DNA of 62,902 bases, filler included, from Sphacelaria rigidula (Eukaryota): NCBI GenBank assembly GCA_964200075.2. It is 9 parts of 9 records of this genome, joined end to end, with 100 filler letters (N's around TTAATTAATTAA, not from the genome) between each part and the next. Parts side by side here need not be neighbours in the genome. Positions count along the whole stretch, not along the records: positions 7,002 to 13,902 come from CAXNAA020017500.1; positions 14,003 to 20,902 come from CAXNAA020017501.1; positions 21,003 to 27,902 come from CAXNAA020017502.1; 6 more parts are not named here. One strand, given 5' to 3'. Below are positions 11,386 to 24,220 of this stretch, piece after piece. Position numbers and translations under genes: made by a program. The notes under the pieces are model-generated. The model worked only from the letters and a program-made list of their open reading frames with translations. It was not told the origin of the DNA and ran no database searches. Within the stretch, counting starts at the first letter, position 1, and each line of letters opens with the position of its first letter.

Positions 11386-13347
11386 TTAAAAGAGTCATAA
11401 TAGGTGCCCCAAAAATCACCCGGAAAACTATGTCGGGCATCGGAGGGCATCCTGACGACTCTGCTACAGTGTCTTGACTGTCCAGCCGAGTAAAACCGGT
11501 GTATGTTGTTGCTAGAAATCAGTGCTGGAACCCTACAAACGTGCGACATAATTTCTCAGTACACTTTGTTTGTCTTTCCTGGGGCTATAGAAACAGGTTT
11601 GCCAATTGGTAACCAGCCAGTATTTTCACGATATAGACAGTGGAGGGAGGTGCGGTCGTGATGCGAAACGTTCCGTGGGGATGGGGGGATGGGGTGCTGT
11701 ATGGAAACCAGACCAACCTGGCGGTGCCACCGTCCATAAAAACGATTTGGGATGCAGATAGATGATAGATGAAGCACCTTACTGCGCGACACATCGTCGG
11801 CGTGTCCTTGGTGGCACTTCACGTCACGTCAAGTATAGGAACGCAAAAATGGCGCATTGATTTTATCGCCGAGTGATGAGCCAGCCAGCCACGTTATCGT
11901 GTGGGCAGAAAATGCACGACGGCGTTGTAGGATAGGACAGTATTGCGGCTGCTGGAGGTGGGCGCGCGCGGGGGGCGGGGGCGGGGGCGGGTGGTGGAGG
12001 GGGGGGCAGATGGTGCGGAAGAATACACTCGGGTGGGTGTAGCAATAATAGTGCCGAGCTATATTGCTGCCATGGTATCAGCAGATTCGCGCTCCTGTAC
12101 ATGGCAGTAGTATTGCGGCAACTGGTGGGAAGATAACATATGTTGCGGACAAACAGAGCACACTGCACTGTATCAGAAACAGCGTGCGCAGCATACCCGA
12201 CAACTGGCGTTCCTCATGAAGCCCGCGTGTATGTGTCATTTTCGGAGCTCACGGAACGAACAGTCGCAGCGGTGCAACCAGTGTGGGCGAGGCACTAGCA
12301 TCTTGTGAATTGTCTTCGGGACGAAAAGATGAAGTTTCGATCAACCTGTAAGCTTCGTTCGGGGTTGAGGCAATATTGGCTGTAAGTACCACGGCGCTGC
12401 TTCACTCACAACAGCGAAGTGACGATGTACCTACGGCACACTCGCAACAGTATAGTATTGATTCCCGTGAAACAATCATATCAATCTGACGATGAACTCG
12501 CTGTGCTCAATCCAGCTGTCTTGTTAGCTTGGTCAAGATCGGCGCCAAACGCAGCGCGGGGTTCGTTTACGATTTTCTGCGACTGCGTAGTGCCGTGCTG
12601 TCCCCACCTCTATTGCTCCGTCCATACCACCGTAGTACAATATGATCTCAGTAGTCATCTAGAGTGAGTACAATTTACGTCTTTGCTCGATCCCAGCAAA
12701 AGCTTATGAATAATTTGCCAGGCATACATGAACCAGTGACTTATGACAAGGCGCCCGCCACAGCCAATGGATATGACCTCACCTCTCAGAAGTCGTCCAC
12801 GCAGTGGTCTGTAGTGTAGTTGAAAGTGGGAAGAGGAGGCAGTGAGGATGTGCGGGCGGTGGGGGGAGGAGGGTGCGGTGCGGAGAAATTCAGTTCTCGG
12901 ACGGTTGAATTAAAGCTTGCCGGGAGTGTCGTGGTTGAATAAAAATCTGAGACCTTTCCCACCACAGTACAGTACACCATATCCCGTGACTTGGTCTGTA
13001 GATTTTTGCCGCTTCGTTGGGGGCTGTTCCGTACTTTCCGGGAACGTTTTCCTGGCGAGTTAGCCGGCGCTCCGGGGACGCAGCCGCCACAAGCAGAACT
13101 GCCGGGCCCTGCTGCCACGTGCAGAACAAAGCAGAAAGTTCAGAATATATATTTCACGTATATCTGCCTGTACACTAAAGGTGATGTGCATAAATATGTC
13201 ATAACCTTTGCTGTACGAGAGTACACCATATATATCGGCAACCATCGACCGAGCCGTCCTCGAGCACATTGCCCGACGACCGATAATGCTGCCCGCCACT
13301 TGGAGAGCCGCCAAGCGCAAGTGAAATTGAGGAAGCTCTTATAGCTA

Positions 13348-13478
<131 letters not shown>

Positions 13479-13529
13479 TCTTCATATTACAAACCGTTCC
13501 GATATCTGCGCGGTACATTCATACGTCCA

Positions 13530-13750
13530 ACCGTAAAACGACGGGGGTGCGGGGGTAGTCTGCCGGATGAACTCCTGAAGCTTGGACTGAGCGGGGAGAC
13601 TTTCGGAGAGTCTGACCACTTGCACGACATCGTCGCCGCGGTATGAACGTTGGCTAGGTGCCGGGAAAAATTGGTGGATACACTATATTATCAAAGTGCT
13701 ATACAAGGAGGATGTGACCGAGAGTGTGGCGACTACAGGGAAATTTTCAC
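13530..13750 (+). pseudogene. degenerate LINE reverse-transcriptase N-terminal fragment
   Basis: The broken frame LPDELLKLGL...LHDIVAAV*...IIKVLYK...ECGDYREI matches the LINE RT motif series LPAELLK...W...I..L.KK.D...C.NYR.ISL. Confidence 0.65.
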
Positions 13751-14057
13751 GGTTAGGACAAATAATGATTTGTCAGGAAATTACTTGGTTTTAGTGTTAT
13801 AAGTTGGCTCGTGATGAATGAATCCCCATGACTCATTTCAGTGTTACAACCCAGGTACACGCAGCCCAGACACATGGAATGGCGCAAAAGTTGCGTGGGA
13901 CANNNNNNNNNNNNNNNNNNNNNNNNNNNNNNNNNNNNNNNNNNNNTTAATTAATTAANNNNNNNNNNNNNNNNNNNNNNNNNNNNNNNNNNNNNNNNNN
14001 NNATGGCATGCATGATCGGAAGTACCCCCCCCCCTCCATCCTGTTCCGTGAACGCAG

Positions 14058-14256
14058 TTCGACTGTTTCAATCTCGAGAGGGTCTCTTCGGCCGCGTGCC
14101 GACGGAGTATGACCAGATATTGCGCGTGCGCAAGGCGTTCGAGCCCTACGTCAATCTTTGGAGCACAGCCAAGGAGTGGACGGTCAGTTACGAAGCTTGG
14201 ACGACCGGATCGTTCCTGGCGATTGAGGCCGAAACTCTCGAGGCGGACGTGGAGAG
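14058..14256 (+). CDS. axonemal dynein heavy chain (inner-arm, DNAH1-like), internal exon 1 of 5 seen
   Basis: CAG acceptor and GT donor. Encodes RLFQSREGLFGRVPTEY...FEPYVNLW...W. Phase-2 junction is compatible with the next exon. Confidence 0.88.
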
Positions 14257-15201
14257 GTAAATGGAGGGTAGTAGTGCGGATATTCGGGCGCCGTTCTGAC
14301 CGATGTATGCGGCTTTTTTATTTATTCAAATTCCCTCTGTATGTCCGCCGCAAACTCACATGTCGTTCAAGAATATTAGGAGATCTTGAAAATTTGGAGA
14401 AAAGCAAATGTTTATGATAGGGCAGGCTTTGCCTTTTCGATATTCAAGTAGATTTGGAAGCAGTCGCTAGTAGGATGACTGTTCCGATTACCCATTTCCC
14501 AAGAGTGTGGTATTGTATCAAGGACATTATATATCGAATGAATCCTTCCATCACTGTGTTACATTCAAGTGAGTAGTATTCAGGAGATTTGTGAGGAATC
14601 TAAAATGAGGATTCAAATGCAATTCCTAACGCGATTCCTTCTCTCTGTCGTTAGGTATCTGAGAGGTACCTTGTGCGCACATAGATATCAACACCTAGTC
14701 ATCTTCCAGGTTCTCGCTGTGCTTGGGCTTGGGAATAAACGCTGCTCGCTCGCGCCCCAGATCGCAGTGATGTCAAGGTCCTACTCCTAGATATTGCAGC
14801 AATTGCTTTCTGTCAATTTTGTATCATGTCAAATCTCCGAGGAAACTGGCTGCCTCGTGCTCATCTGTGAATGCCCAAGTCCTCGAACTTTGCGATGCAC
14901 TCAACGGGAATCTCCTCTACCCACATGATGAGCTGCGCGGAAACGTCGTCATACTATGCTTTCCTCGAGCAGACTTGTGCAAATCTCCCCTCTTTGTCAT
15001 TCCGCGATAGTTTCTCTCTTCATCTCATTGTTTGGAAGGAATAAATAGACCGATGCCTTGAGGTCAACACGAGGAACGTATTCATCACCAAGCGCAGGCA
15101 GTATCTATCCCACTTCAGACAGAGTAACCCGATACATTTTTCACGTTACTTTTACGATACACGGGGAAACATGATACTGTTGTCTCTAATGATACTGTTA
15201 G

Positions 15202-15382
15202 GCTGGGAACAGCGATTACCAAAGCGTCGAGGGTTTTCGATAACTCGGGGAAGGTGGCGCAGAGCAACATCTGCAACGGGATCAAGGACAAGATTGCGGC
15301 GTTCAAGCCCAAGGTCCCCGCCGTCGTCGCCCTTCGCAACCCTGGCATGAAGCCGAGACACTGGGAGCAGCTCAGCGAAAAG
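15202..15382 (+). CDS. axonemal dynein heavy chain, exon 2 (linker/DHC_N2 region)
   Basis: TAG|...|GTATG. Encodes ...FKPKVPAVVALRNPGMKPRHWEQLSEK, the conserved dynein LRNPG..RHW motif. Confidence 0.92.
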
Positions 15383-15554
15383 GTATGACTGTGGAATTTT
15401 CGAGACCCCAACAGGCGATCTGCAAAACTTATGTTGAACACCGTGACTTTGTGTGAGTAGAAGCGGAACCCGAAGTATGCTACACCGTAAGCCCTGTTCA
15501 GAAGCAGAGAAGACGATACCATTGTTGCCGTGTTCATGCTCATGCCAATGACTC

Positions 15555-15895
15555 GTGTGTGCTGCCGTCCCATCTATTCTGAACGCCGGTCTACACCTTT
15601 CGGTATATGTTGGCGCATCAGCCGGGGTTACACAGGAGGAAGGCCGAAACAGGAACTTTTTCTCTTTATTTGTTTTTAGTATCCCACCTTCCTTCTGCGG
15701 CACTTGCCTTTTTTATTTTATCGCGAGAGGGGTTTAGCAGTCCCTTTCCCTCGTCGACCGTTGAGTCGAATTTTGTGTGCCCACGACACAATCGCTCTCC
15801 ACTGTTGGGCATGGCGCGAGAAAAAATCCCAGATCACTCCGAAAATTGAACCCACGACCCAACCGTCAAAAGGTTTCGAGGTTACCAAGTGGCTC
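15555..15895 (-). mobile_element. tRNA-derived SINE in a dynein intron
   Basis: Reverse-complement homologue of 963-1372. Confidence 0.8.
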
Positions 15896-16100
15896 GCGAT
15901 ATGGGTGTGACGACATAACGCGGCGACAGCTCATGAGGAAGGCGTTTCACACGGCGTAACTCTGATACCGGATTCCGACGAGCCTTCGAGGCAAAACGAA
16001 TGCCCTCATTTCCGTGTCACGCAACAGTAGACGAGAGCGCCCGTTATGCTAACAACAATATCCTGCGCCTGTTTCGCCTGTTCGCTCTTTCACTCAACAG

Positions 16101-16190
16101 TTGGGATACTCGTTGATGCCAGACGAAAACTACACTCTCGAACAGCTCCTGGAGCTGGATCTGGAGCCCTATCAGGACCAAATAGACAAG
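16101..16190 (+). CDS. axonemal dynein heavy chain, exon 3
   Basis: CAACAG|...|GTAGG, 90 nt, phase 0/0. Encodes LGYSLMPDENYTLEQLLELDLEPYQDQIDK. Confidence 0.88.
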
Positions 16191-16571
16191 GTAGGAGGTC
16201 GGTTCAACGTTACCGCACCAAACGAACAGCTTGACCGCGTTGCACTGTCAATATGAATTCGAGTTTCTCGTGCATCCTAGTGAAACATTAGCCGTGATGT
16301 TCAGGCGGGGCTTGACTTGCAAGTAGTGCACTCGCAGATGCTTGAGGAATCGAATGCGTCAATGTCTGTTCCTTGATGCCGAAATGGATTAACCTGTAGC
16401 TCGCTATGAATCGATAAGGACATTTTCATTGAAATACAAACCAGAGGCTTTACTGCTTGTCGCAGGCACAGATGGCGTTCTTAAAAAAAAGGCAAGTGTC
16501 CCTCCTCTGTTTCAATGCGTCTCGCTCCGAGGCATTCTTGCGCGATATTCTCAGTAGACGCACGTTCCGCA

Positions 16572-16806
16572 ATGAGCAATGCTACAGTAGGGGTGCGTTT
16601 TGCGGAAAATCTCGTCTGGCTCAAGGACTCCTAACGACTCTAGATGCACAAGGATATGGGTCAAGGCATCCCCGTTTGCAAATTCATTCGGGATATCCCC
16701 AGCACATTGGAATAGCAATCCTGGTGTACTGCTACATACCTTCACACGTGGTGTTTTGGATGAGATAAAGGGCTCCTCACAACTTTAACCTCAGAAGCTA
16801 TTTGTG
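16572..16806. repeat. dispersed repeat; inverted partner at 18468-18703
   Basis: For example CCCCGTTTGCAAATTCATTCGGGATATCCCCAG pairs with CTGGGGATATCCCGAATAAATTTGCAAACGGGG. Confidence 0.8.
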
Positions 16807-17569
16807 CATTCCTATCGTAGCATCACTCCAATCGTGAACGCACGCCGTTGGAGCAGTGCGTGGTACTATCACGAAGGCTTGGTACGCTGCGCAGGCTTGG
16901 TACGCCACGCAGTCGCCATCGCATCTCTGATATGGATAGCGCTTCGCATCCTCTATAATAGTGACAACGCTGACGGTAAGAAGAAGGCAAATATCATATC
17001 CTCAATGTACAGTAGGGATCCCACGTAAGCAGGTACTTCGAAAAGCTGTAAACAAAACTTGCACATTAAATGGCTATCATGCTTTTTTCTCTGCACCATC
17101 GAAAGGGTAGCATCTCTGTACGCGGCACCTGCCTCATCATTTTGATTTGATTGCTTGTCTGCTCGCCTCTCGAGTGTGTTTCTGTGGTGTCAAACAGAAA
17201 CCAAATGGTATATTATATCAGTAGTGATATAACAACATACATGGCAGACACTTTCTACAATAGCCCCCCCTTGAAACCAGCCCAAAAGTGTAACGAAAAA
17301 AATGGTCATACAGCGTCTGATGTGTGGGTTCAGGCTGCACGAATCGCTTCATATGGGCAACATGGCCGCGAACGAACCCAAGCGGGAGAATTCCCAGCTG
17401 CTCGCTGTGCTCGACTTTTTCAATTTCAATTCACGTGAAGATTTTTCCTCCCCACACCAGGCTATCGTAGAAAGTGTCAGCACACACACGTAGATACGTC
17501 GATGGTGAACATTACAAATTTACCGCGTCCCCCTTCTGTGAATGGATTTTGTACACGACAATATGCCAG

Positions 17570-17728
17570 GTATCGGAGTCAGCGGCGAAGGAATACCAGA
17601 TCGAGGAAGCGTTGACGAAGATGGAAGGAGAGTGGACTGGTACCCGGTTGGAAATTGTTGGCTACCGTGAAACTGGAACCGGAGTGCTCAAGGGTGTGGA
17701 CGAGATAAATACGGTCCTGGATGAACAG
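17570..17728 (+). CDS. axonemal dynein heavy chain, exon 4
   Basis: CAG|...|GTGAT, 159 nt. Encodes VSESAAKEYQIEEALTKMEGEW...LKGVDEINTVLDEQ (A.KE..IE..L.KM..EW motif). Confidence 0.92.
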
Positions 17729-18071
17729 GTGATCTTGTGATTTCCGTAAATATTCACGCTCGTGTGTGTCGAGCGTTTCACCAGCTTTACAACGCAGGGA
17801 TGTCTCACCGTTTCGAAACCGACCTCGTCCTAGGAGATTTGTATTGAAATCGTACAGCGGAAATCGTACAGCGGTGGGCTCACATCCATGAGTACATATA
17901 TATGGTATCACCGTCGACACGTGCATCTATGTGATATTGAGCAATGTTGAGTGTAAACGGAACTTAGCATCGACGTGTCTACTCGGGATCGTCCAGTTTA
18001 TTGAAAACCTGTAGTTTCCAATTATTTTTCCGTGTCGTAATCCCGGCACTATTTTTCACGCCATTGTTCAG

Positions 18072-18158
18072 GTTACCATGACCCAGGCCATGCAGTTCTC
18101 GGCCTTCAAGGGGCCGTTTGCAGAGAGGATCGACGAGTGGAACGGAAAGCTGTACATG
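18072..18158 (+). CDS. axonemal dynein heavy chain, exon 5
   Basis: CAG|...|GTGAG, 87 nt. Encodes VTMTQAMQFSAFKGPFAERIDEWNGKLYM. Confidence 0.9.
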
Positions 18159-19209
18159 GTGAGCGACTGGCGCTTTGAAAGTCACGAGCAGTCACGAGGC
18201 TGAAACACCGTGGCCGGCCGTAAATGCTAACTCACACTCGGACAGGAAACAGAAACGCCATGGCATTTCCAACTCCCGGCGTCAACTTGGCCGTCCTTGA
18301 ATTCTTTTAATCGAAATCGAAGGCGTCGGCATCGGCCTCGGGGTTGATTTTCGTCATTTTCTAGTGAAGTACCGTGTTGTTCACGCACTGCATGATGGGA
18401 CCGTTCCTCTTCACTCATTTTTCTCAAGGAAAGCACACGATCAAACGAGTGATGCTACGGGAGAGGAACACAAATATTTTCTGAGGTTAGAATTGATAGG
18501 AGCCTTTTATCTCATCCAAAACACGACTCATGAAAATATGCGAGAGTACGCCAGGGTCACCATTCCAATGTACTGGGGATATCCCGAATAAATTTGCAAA
18601 CGGGGATACCCTGACCCATATTCTTGTGTGTATCGAATCGTTAGGAGCCCCAGAAGCAGACAAAATTTCGCGAAAAAAGTGCACCCCTACCGTAGCATTG
18701 CTCAACCATGGATATGGACGATCGATATGTCGCGGTCAAATGCCAGCCATGAGTCCTCTCCGCCCCCGAGAAACACGCTGTGCAATATGTCCTTCTGAGG
18801 TTTCTCGATCGGGATTTGCTGCGTGTTCGGTGTGTCGACTGTGGACATGCTTGCAGCGGGTAGCATACCATCTGCGATGCTCCGTGTACCCCTGAAAGGC
18901 GGTGGGCTCATCCACACGCCGAGTCATGCCGCGATATGGGTGGTGATGTTCGATTCCACGACAAAAAGAGCTTATAGGCGTGTCATATGGCCTAAAACAC
19001 TCGCGGCGCGCTTGTATTCGGGTATAAACGGTGCCTATTATAGCAGTATGAATGAACGTGTTTTTATCGTTATTGCTTTCAATGATGCTTTGAAGTGGAA
19101 TGTCGTGGAAAAAATGTCCTGAAATACCCCCACCCCCCGCCCTCCTCTATCGTAGCATGACTCCGCTCAGGTTGTCCTTTTTAGTAGTATCGTGGGCGGA
19201 AATTGCCTC

Positions 19210-20902
19210 TGTTTGTAGCTTGGTGACCCCGTGAGAGAATGGGGTGCATACTCGACTCAGATAGTCGATCAATGGACACGACTGCGATAGTCGATCAATG
19301 GACACGGCTGACTGCCGATCAAGATGAGGTAGAAATGTATATAAAGCTTTGTTGATGAAGAGGGAAGGAAGGGGAATGGGCCCTATGGGAGCCAACGTAC
19401 CAAGATGCGACAAGCACCACTCACGTATGTCCAGTCGCTAACATCACACTATAAAGTCATTCCGCGTAGTACCCGGAACCCAAACAGGTATATCACTAGA
19501 CTGTTGTACCTTACCCCGACTACGTGTATCTTACTGAACACCGCAGGCCATCCTACAAACACCCCCCCATAGACTGCGCGGGTCAAAAGTAAGGTTCATG
19601 GACCATACTTGGTGAACAGAACTACTCACCGAAAAAGAACTCTTCCGCTCACGGCGCATTCAACAGGTGCATCCTCTCAAGAAATGAATTTCATCAGCAA
19701 CCGTAAAACAATCGCAAATCCCGAAACTCGCACTTCTTTCAACGACTATGGGACCAGCCAAGAATCAAATACACCGGTACATTTCTTTTCACACCAAGAC
19801 AAAAAAACAAGGATGGATGAGCTGTGTGTTTTATCATTCTGTAGCTCCTGATGGTCAATCCAAGCGAAACACAAGTCAAATTCTTCAACTGTAATAGCCC
19901 ATGCCCCTTACAATAGCGTGGGTGATCGTACTTAGCATTCGAGTAACCTGCACTATGCACGCGAGACCAAGCTCCTAGGTAATATATATGAACCCACACA
20001 ACACAGTGCAGTTGACAACTTTCGAAACTCGTATCGCATGTTGCAAAATCCACTTCACAGTCAGTCAGCTGCCTACAGTACAAGAATTAAATTTCAAGAT
20101 TCAAATTCAGCAATCCATACTACAGTAGTGCCTACGTCATCAAGCCAAACTAGACACTCACTACATCTACTTAACCCCTTATTCCCCCTCGGTGACCGGC
20201 GGAACAAAGCAGCTCAACGCCTCCAGACAAAACACACGATCATAATCAGCCCCCCCCAATTCTTGCTAATCAAAGTCTTTCCCCCCCTCGCTTCTAGGCC
20301 ACGGGGAAGGAGTGCTGCATTCATCATCCTTCCCCCAGAGTGGGGAGATTTGCAGCGAGGGGTTGATCCTGATCCTGGCCGGTCACCACCCTCCAAAACC
20401 AACTGTCCCGTCATGCTCGTCTCAGCCTTACAGCCAGCACCTGTGTCGGATAAAAATGGTTTTTGGAGGCTCAGCGTCTCACATATCGTGCAGACCCGAG
20501 GGGAATGGGCAGTGGGACAACAGAAAGGAAAAGTATTAATATCCATGCTACTCAGGCGCGTCAATCACCAACCGATGAACACACTTTTACCACGTACCGT
20601 ACTGTGGTGTCGCGTTACGTTAGTAGCGAACGCACACCCATATATTATACCCAGATTCAGGACTATTATTTCAACTCTCCACTTCTCGTTCACATACCAC
20701 ATATGGATCAAACGGCAGTTCGGCCGCTACCATCCTGGTTGCATGAAACAGTACACTTTACCTTTTACATGCCGTGCCAACATGTGTAAACCTGTATGGA
20801 ATTCGCCTGGCCAGCCAACCGAGCAACGACCAGCTCCCATATGGGTGATACAATGCACTCTTGTTTTATCATGCTGTGCACATGAACCGCACCTCGCTCA
20901 TA
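19210..20902 (-). mobile_element. 3' part of a non-autonomous copia-type LTR retrotransposon (3' LTR ~19210-19561)
   Basis: The LTR is bounded by TGTTTGTAG...CTACAAACA, with a G-rich polypurine tract just inside (CCCCCCCAT on plus, 19562-19570). The LTR is homologous to 51924-52270. Internal 20251-20902 is homologous to 49071-49717. Confidence 0.8.
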
Positions 20903-21770
20903 NNNNNNNNNNNNNNNNNNNNNNNNNNNNNNNNNNNNNNNNNNNNTTAATTAATTAANNNNNNNNNNNNNNNNNNNNNNNNNNNNNNNNNNNNNNNNNN
21001 NNCCAGTGTCTAATGCATCAAACGATTTCATGCCACCTTCGTTCACGTCCCGCATTTCCCGCTCAGTGAGGGAGCAGGGACATTTTTAGGCGGTGTAGTG
21101 GTCGCCTGCGGTTTTTTTTTTTTTCAAATTTTGTACCGCGCCTGTTTGTTTTTTTCTCGGTCGTGTTGTGTTTTTATTTTCATTTCCTCATACCTTTTTT
21201 TTGGGGTAGTTGGACTGTGACCACGGAAGGCGTCCGCATTAGATTCCTATTACGGAGTACCGTGCAGATATCGCAACGTTTTTTTTTCATGTGAAGACGA
21301 CCACTGCAGCAACAACAACAACAACGATGACAAGGACTGAGAGAATACATCAAGCGTTTGAACGTCGGACTCGGCCTTGATGTGGACTGAGCCCTGCAAA
21401 TGTACCGCAGGAGTAAGTATGCAAGCCGATCTTCACGACGGTAAGATGGGACCCCGGTCTGATGAGGACTCCCCGAAGTGGAGACACCGCAGTGTGTAGG
21501 AGCCGCTCCTTCCGTCCCGTGAACAAGTCTGCTTTTCTTTTCTTTTCTTTCCGGAAGGGCATCTCCCGTCCCTCTCCGTCCATCCCCACTCCCCTTAGCT
21601 CTCACTCTCCCGGGAAGGACAGCTCGAGAATAGGTGTCACGTTCCACGGCTTCAAAATCTTTTTGGCCGCGCAAACGTCTAGTACTACCCTGTATGTGAT
21701 CGTGATCATAGATTCATCGATCGATTGTCACCCATTTTTGATCCTCTGCAATAATGCCAGCTGTAGTCAA

Positions 21771-22025
21771 ATGATGGACGTAGCGTCAAGTCCCCTCGGT
21801 GCGTTGACTGTCTTGACCGACCGCTGCCTGCAACGTCGCTCGAATGCTGTTTTCGCAGCGGCCAATCGGGTTGTTGTGAAGGCTGGGACGTCGATCGTTT
21901 CTACCCCCGGGGGCTATCCCTGTCTGTCGAGAATGGGGGCCATCGTGGAGCAGTGCGCTTGGCTGCGCAAGATGGGCAAGGAGGTCATACTGGTCTCTTC
22001 GGGAGCCGTCGGCGTTGGCCGTCAG
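21771..22025 (+). CDS. P5CS: delta-1-pyrroline-5-carboxylate synthase / glutamate 5-kinase domain, exon 1
   Basis: RVVVKAGTS...EVILVSSGAVGVG are glutamate 5-kinase motifs. Donor CAG|GTGTA. The start is uncertain: ATG at 21771, or an acceptor at 21858. Confidence 0.85.
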
Positions 22026-22296
22026 GTGTAGTTGGAAACTGATTGTTAATATATATATATATATATATGCTTCTACTTCCTATGCTAGCACGGTTTTACA
22101 AAAAAAGTTACCCATCCTTATTTTCAAGATAAACGATTTTTTCAAAAACCGTGATAGCATAGTAAGTAGAAGCGTATATATATATATATATAAACATGTA
22201 TTGTACCGCACCCCGGTAGTATTTTCGTGGCACAAAATCGGAAAAATGAAGAGTTCGATCGCCGACAGATGCGCTTGTTTTGTAGAGGTTGGTTCA

Positions 22297-22453
22297 CCAC
22301 ACCCTGTACAATGACAACAGATTGTTACATTGTGAAAAAGTTCACTGCGTACAGACAACAGTACCGACTATTGCGTCGATTGCAAGAGAGAAAAGAGTCC
22401 ACAGTGTACACGCAGTACATTTTTTTACAAAAAAAATGTTTTGTCCAGGGTGT
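22297..22453. mobile_element. ~155-bp MITE with CACCCTG termini; further copies ~22828-22978 and ~26192-26335
   Basis: ACACCCTG...CAGGGTGT ends. Three homologous copies lie in P5CS introns. Confidence 0.6.
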
Positions 22454-23471
22454 ACAGTTCACCACTTAGTATATTGACTCTTTGAAGAAATAAAAAAAAA
22501 AAATCCGGAAATATATGACCTCGAAATAACGCTAACGCTAACCCCAACCCTAACCTCAACCCAAGGCATACCGACAATCGTCGGACGAGGGGAATGCGAA
22601 GTGTTCCCTCGGCAAAGTTTGGCGTTGGTAGATCTCAACCCGTTTTGCTCACGCTATTGATGAGAGCGCTTGGGGCTGTCAGCCCCACTAAAGATCCGAA
22701 AACCGGTGCTCACACTCGAATCAAGTAAAGAATAATATACCAGGAAACTTTTAATCGACCAAGTGGTGAACTCTGCTGGTTTTGTTGCCCCTCAAAAGTG
22801 TCTGATTTATGTGGCTGAGAACGTGCACACCCTGGACAACGACAATAGGTTACACTCGTCGAAATGTGTACGTACTGCGTGCAGTATGGAATCTTTTCTC
22901 GGTTGCAACGGACGCGATAGTCGATACTGTATGCAGCACAATTTTTGACGATGAAATGTATGGTCATTATCCAGGGTATGAAACGCGAGAACTTGAGTCA
23001 GCATAAATAGTTGATTTGATGAGAGCCGATACTATGCGAGAGTGTTTGAGATACGACCCGCGATACCACACTGCGGAATTTTTTTTGGGGGGGGGGGTAG
23101 GAAACAGTACTGGGAGCATCCTAGAAATTTCAGTCTTTTTTTTTAGATAAGTTACAAGTTCTCTATGGAATACGGTACGGAAACCGCGGAGGAACGTCGT
23201 TTTTTGTAAAAAAAATATCATGCCTAATTGTTCTGTTCTGTACTGCTGTTGTAAATGGCTTTACTCGATAGCGTATCTCGTGATGGAATAGATATGATCT
23301 TGGTCGTGATATCTTCTGTGATCGAGTGCAGCAGCAGCAGCAGTAGCAAGAGCGGTTTATAGGGTTTTACCGGCCGGCAGCAATACGCACACTTCGCGAA
23401 TACACTGCCGTATGCCGTATACCGTATGCCGTCACCCCTCCTTCTTTGCGTCCGTGCAATCGTACATCCAG

Positions 23472-23543
23472 ATGCTCCGTAAGCAGCAGCTGCTCAACAC
23501 CAGCATGGCAGCGGTTTTGACGGGGCATGGCCATCAGGCACAG
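23472..23543 (+). CDS. P5CS: P5CS exon 2
   Basis: CAG|ATG...CAG|GTGAA, 72 nt. MLRKQQLLNTSM resembles the insertion of eukaryotic bifunctional P5CS. Confidence 0.75.
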
Positions 23544-24094
23544 GTGAAAGATCGCGACAACAAACACACAGATGAAGGTTTTTCGTTTCTGTGTTTGTGT
23601 TTTCATGAAAAGAAAAAAACGTGTCATTTTGTGCGCGGATCCCTATCTTCTCACGTTTTTTGGGGTTTTTTGGCAGCAGTAGCAATACGTGGCTCCCAAC
23701 ACCGCTGTTTTCACTTGACTGTTAGTAGCAGTGCCAGGTTTGCTCCCCGTGGCCGTATTCTTTGTTCTTGTACTGTCAATATATCTGGACACGGGCACTG
23801 GAAGTGCTAAACGGGGTATGTCACTCGGAGCAATGAAGAACCGAACCTCGATTCGTCCGCAAAGATAGGTACCATCAGAAATATCTCGCCGAGATTTCTC
23901 TGCACACGGGGGATTAATCTATCGCAGCTCACGGTTTGATGCGGAGAAGTCCAGCTAGGGTGCTGCATACAGTAGAAAGCTGTTTTGGTCACTGGACGAT
24001 GATCTCATGACACCCCTCGTGCTCGCCTCCCTCGTCCGTCTTCTTCCCCGATGAAATTCGCGAACGACGTCGTTGCACCTGACAAAAACCAAAG

Positions 24095-24220
24095 GTACCG
24101 CAAGTGCCCCAGGGCAAAGGACGCAATCACTACGACAGCGCCTGCGCGGCCGCAGGTCAGCTGGGCCTCATGTCTCTCTACGAAACCCTGTTCGCGCAGT
24201 GCGATGTTGCCACCAGTCAG
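24095..24220 (+). CDS. P5CS: P5CS exon 3
   Basis: ACAAAGQLGLMSLYETLFAQ motif. Donor CAG|GTAAA. The acceptor is at 24094 or, in frame, at 24112. Confidence 0.88.

Noticed and set aside
14400-15100. Protein-like broken frames on the minus strand within a dynein intron (similar impression at 230-780 and 59300-59800)
   Set aside because: Probably old transposon debris, but no diagnostic motif could be identified.
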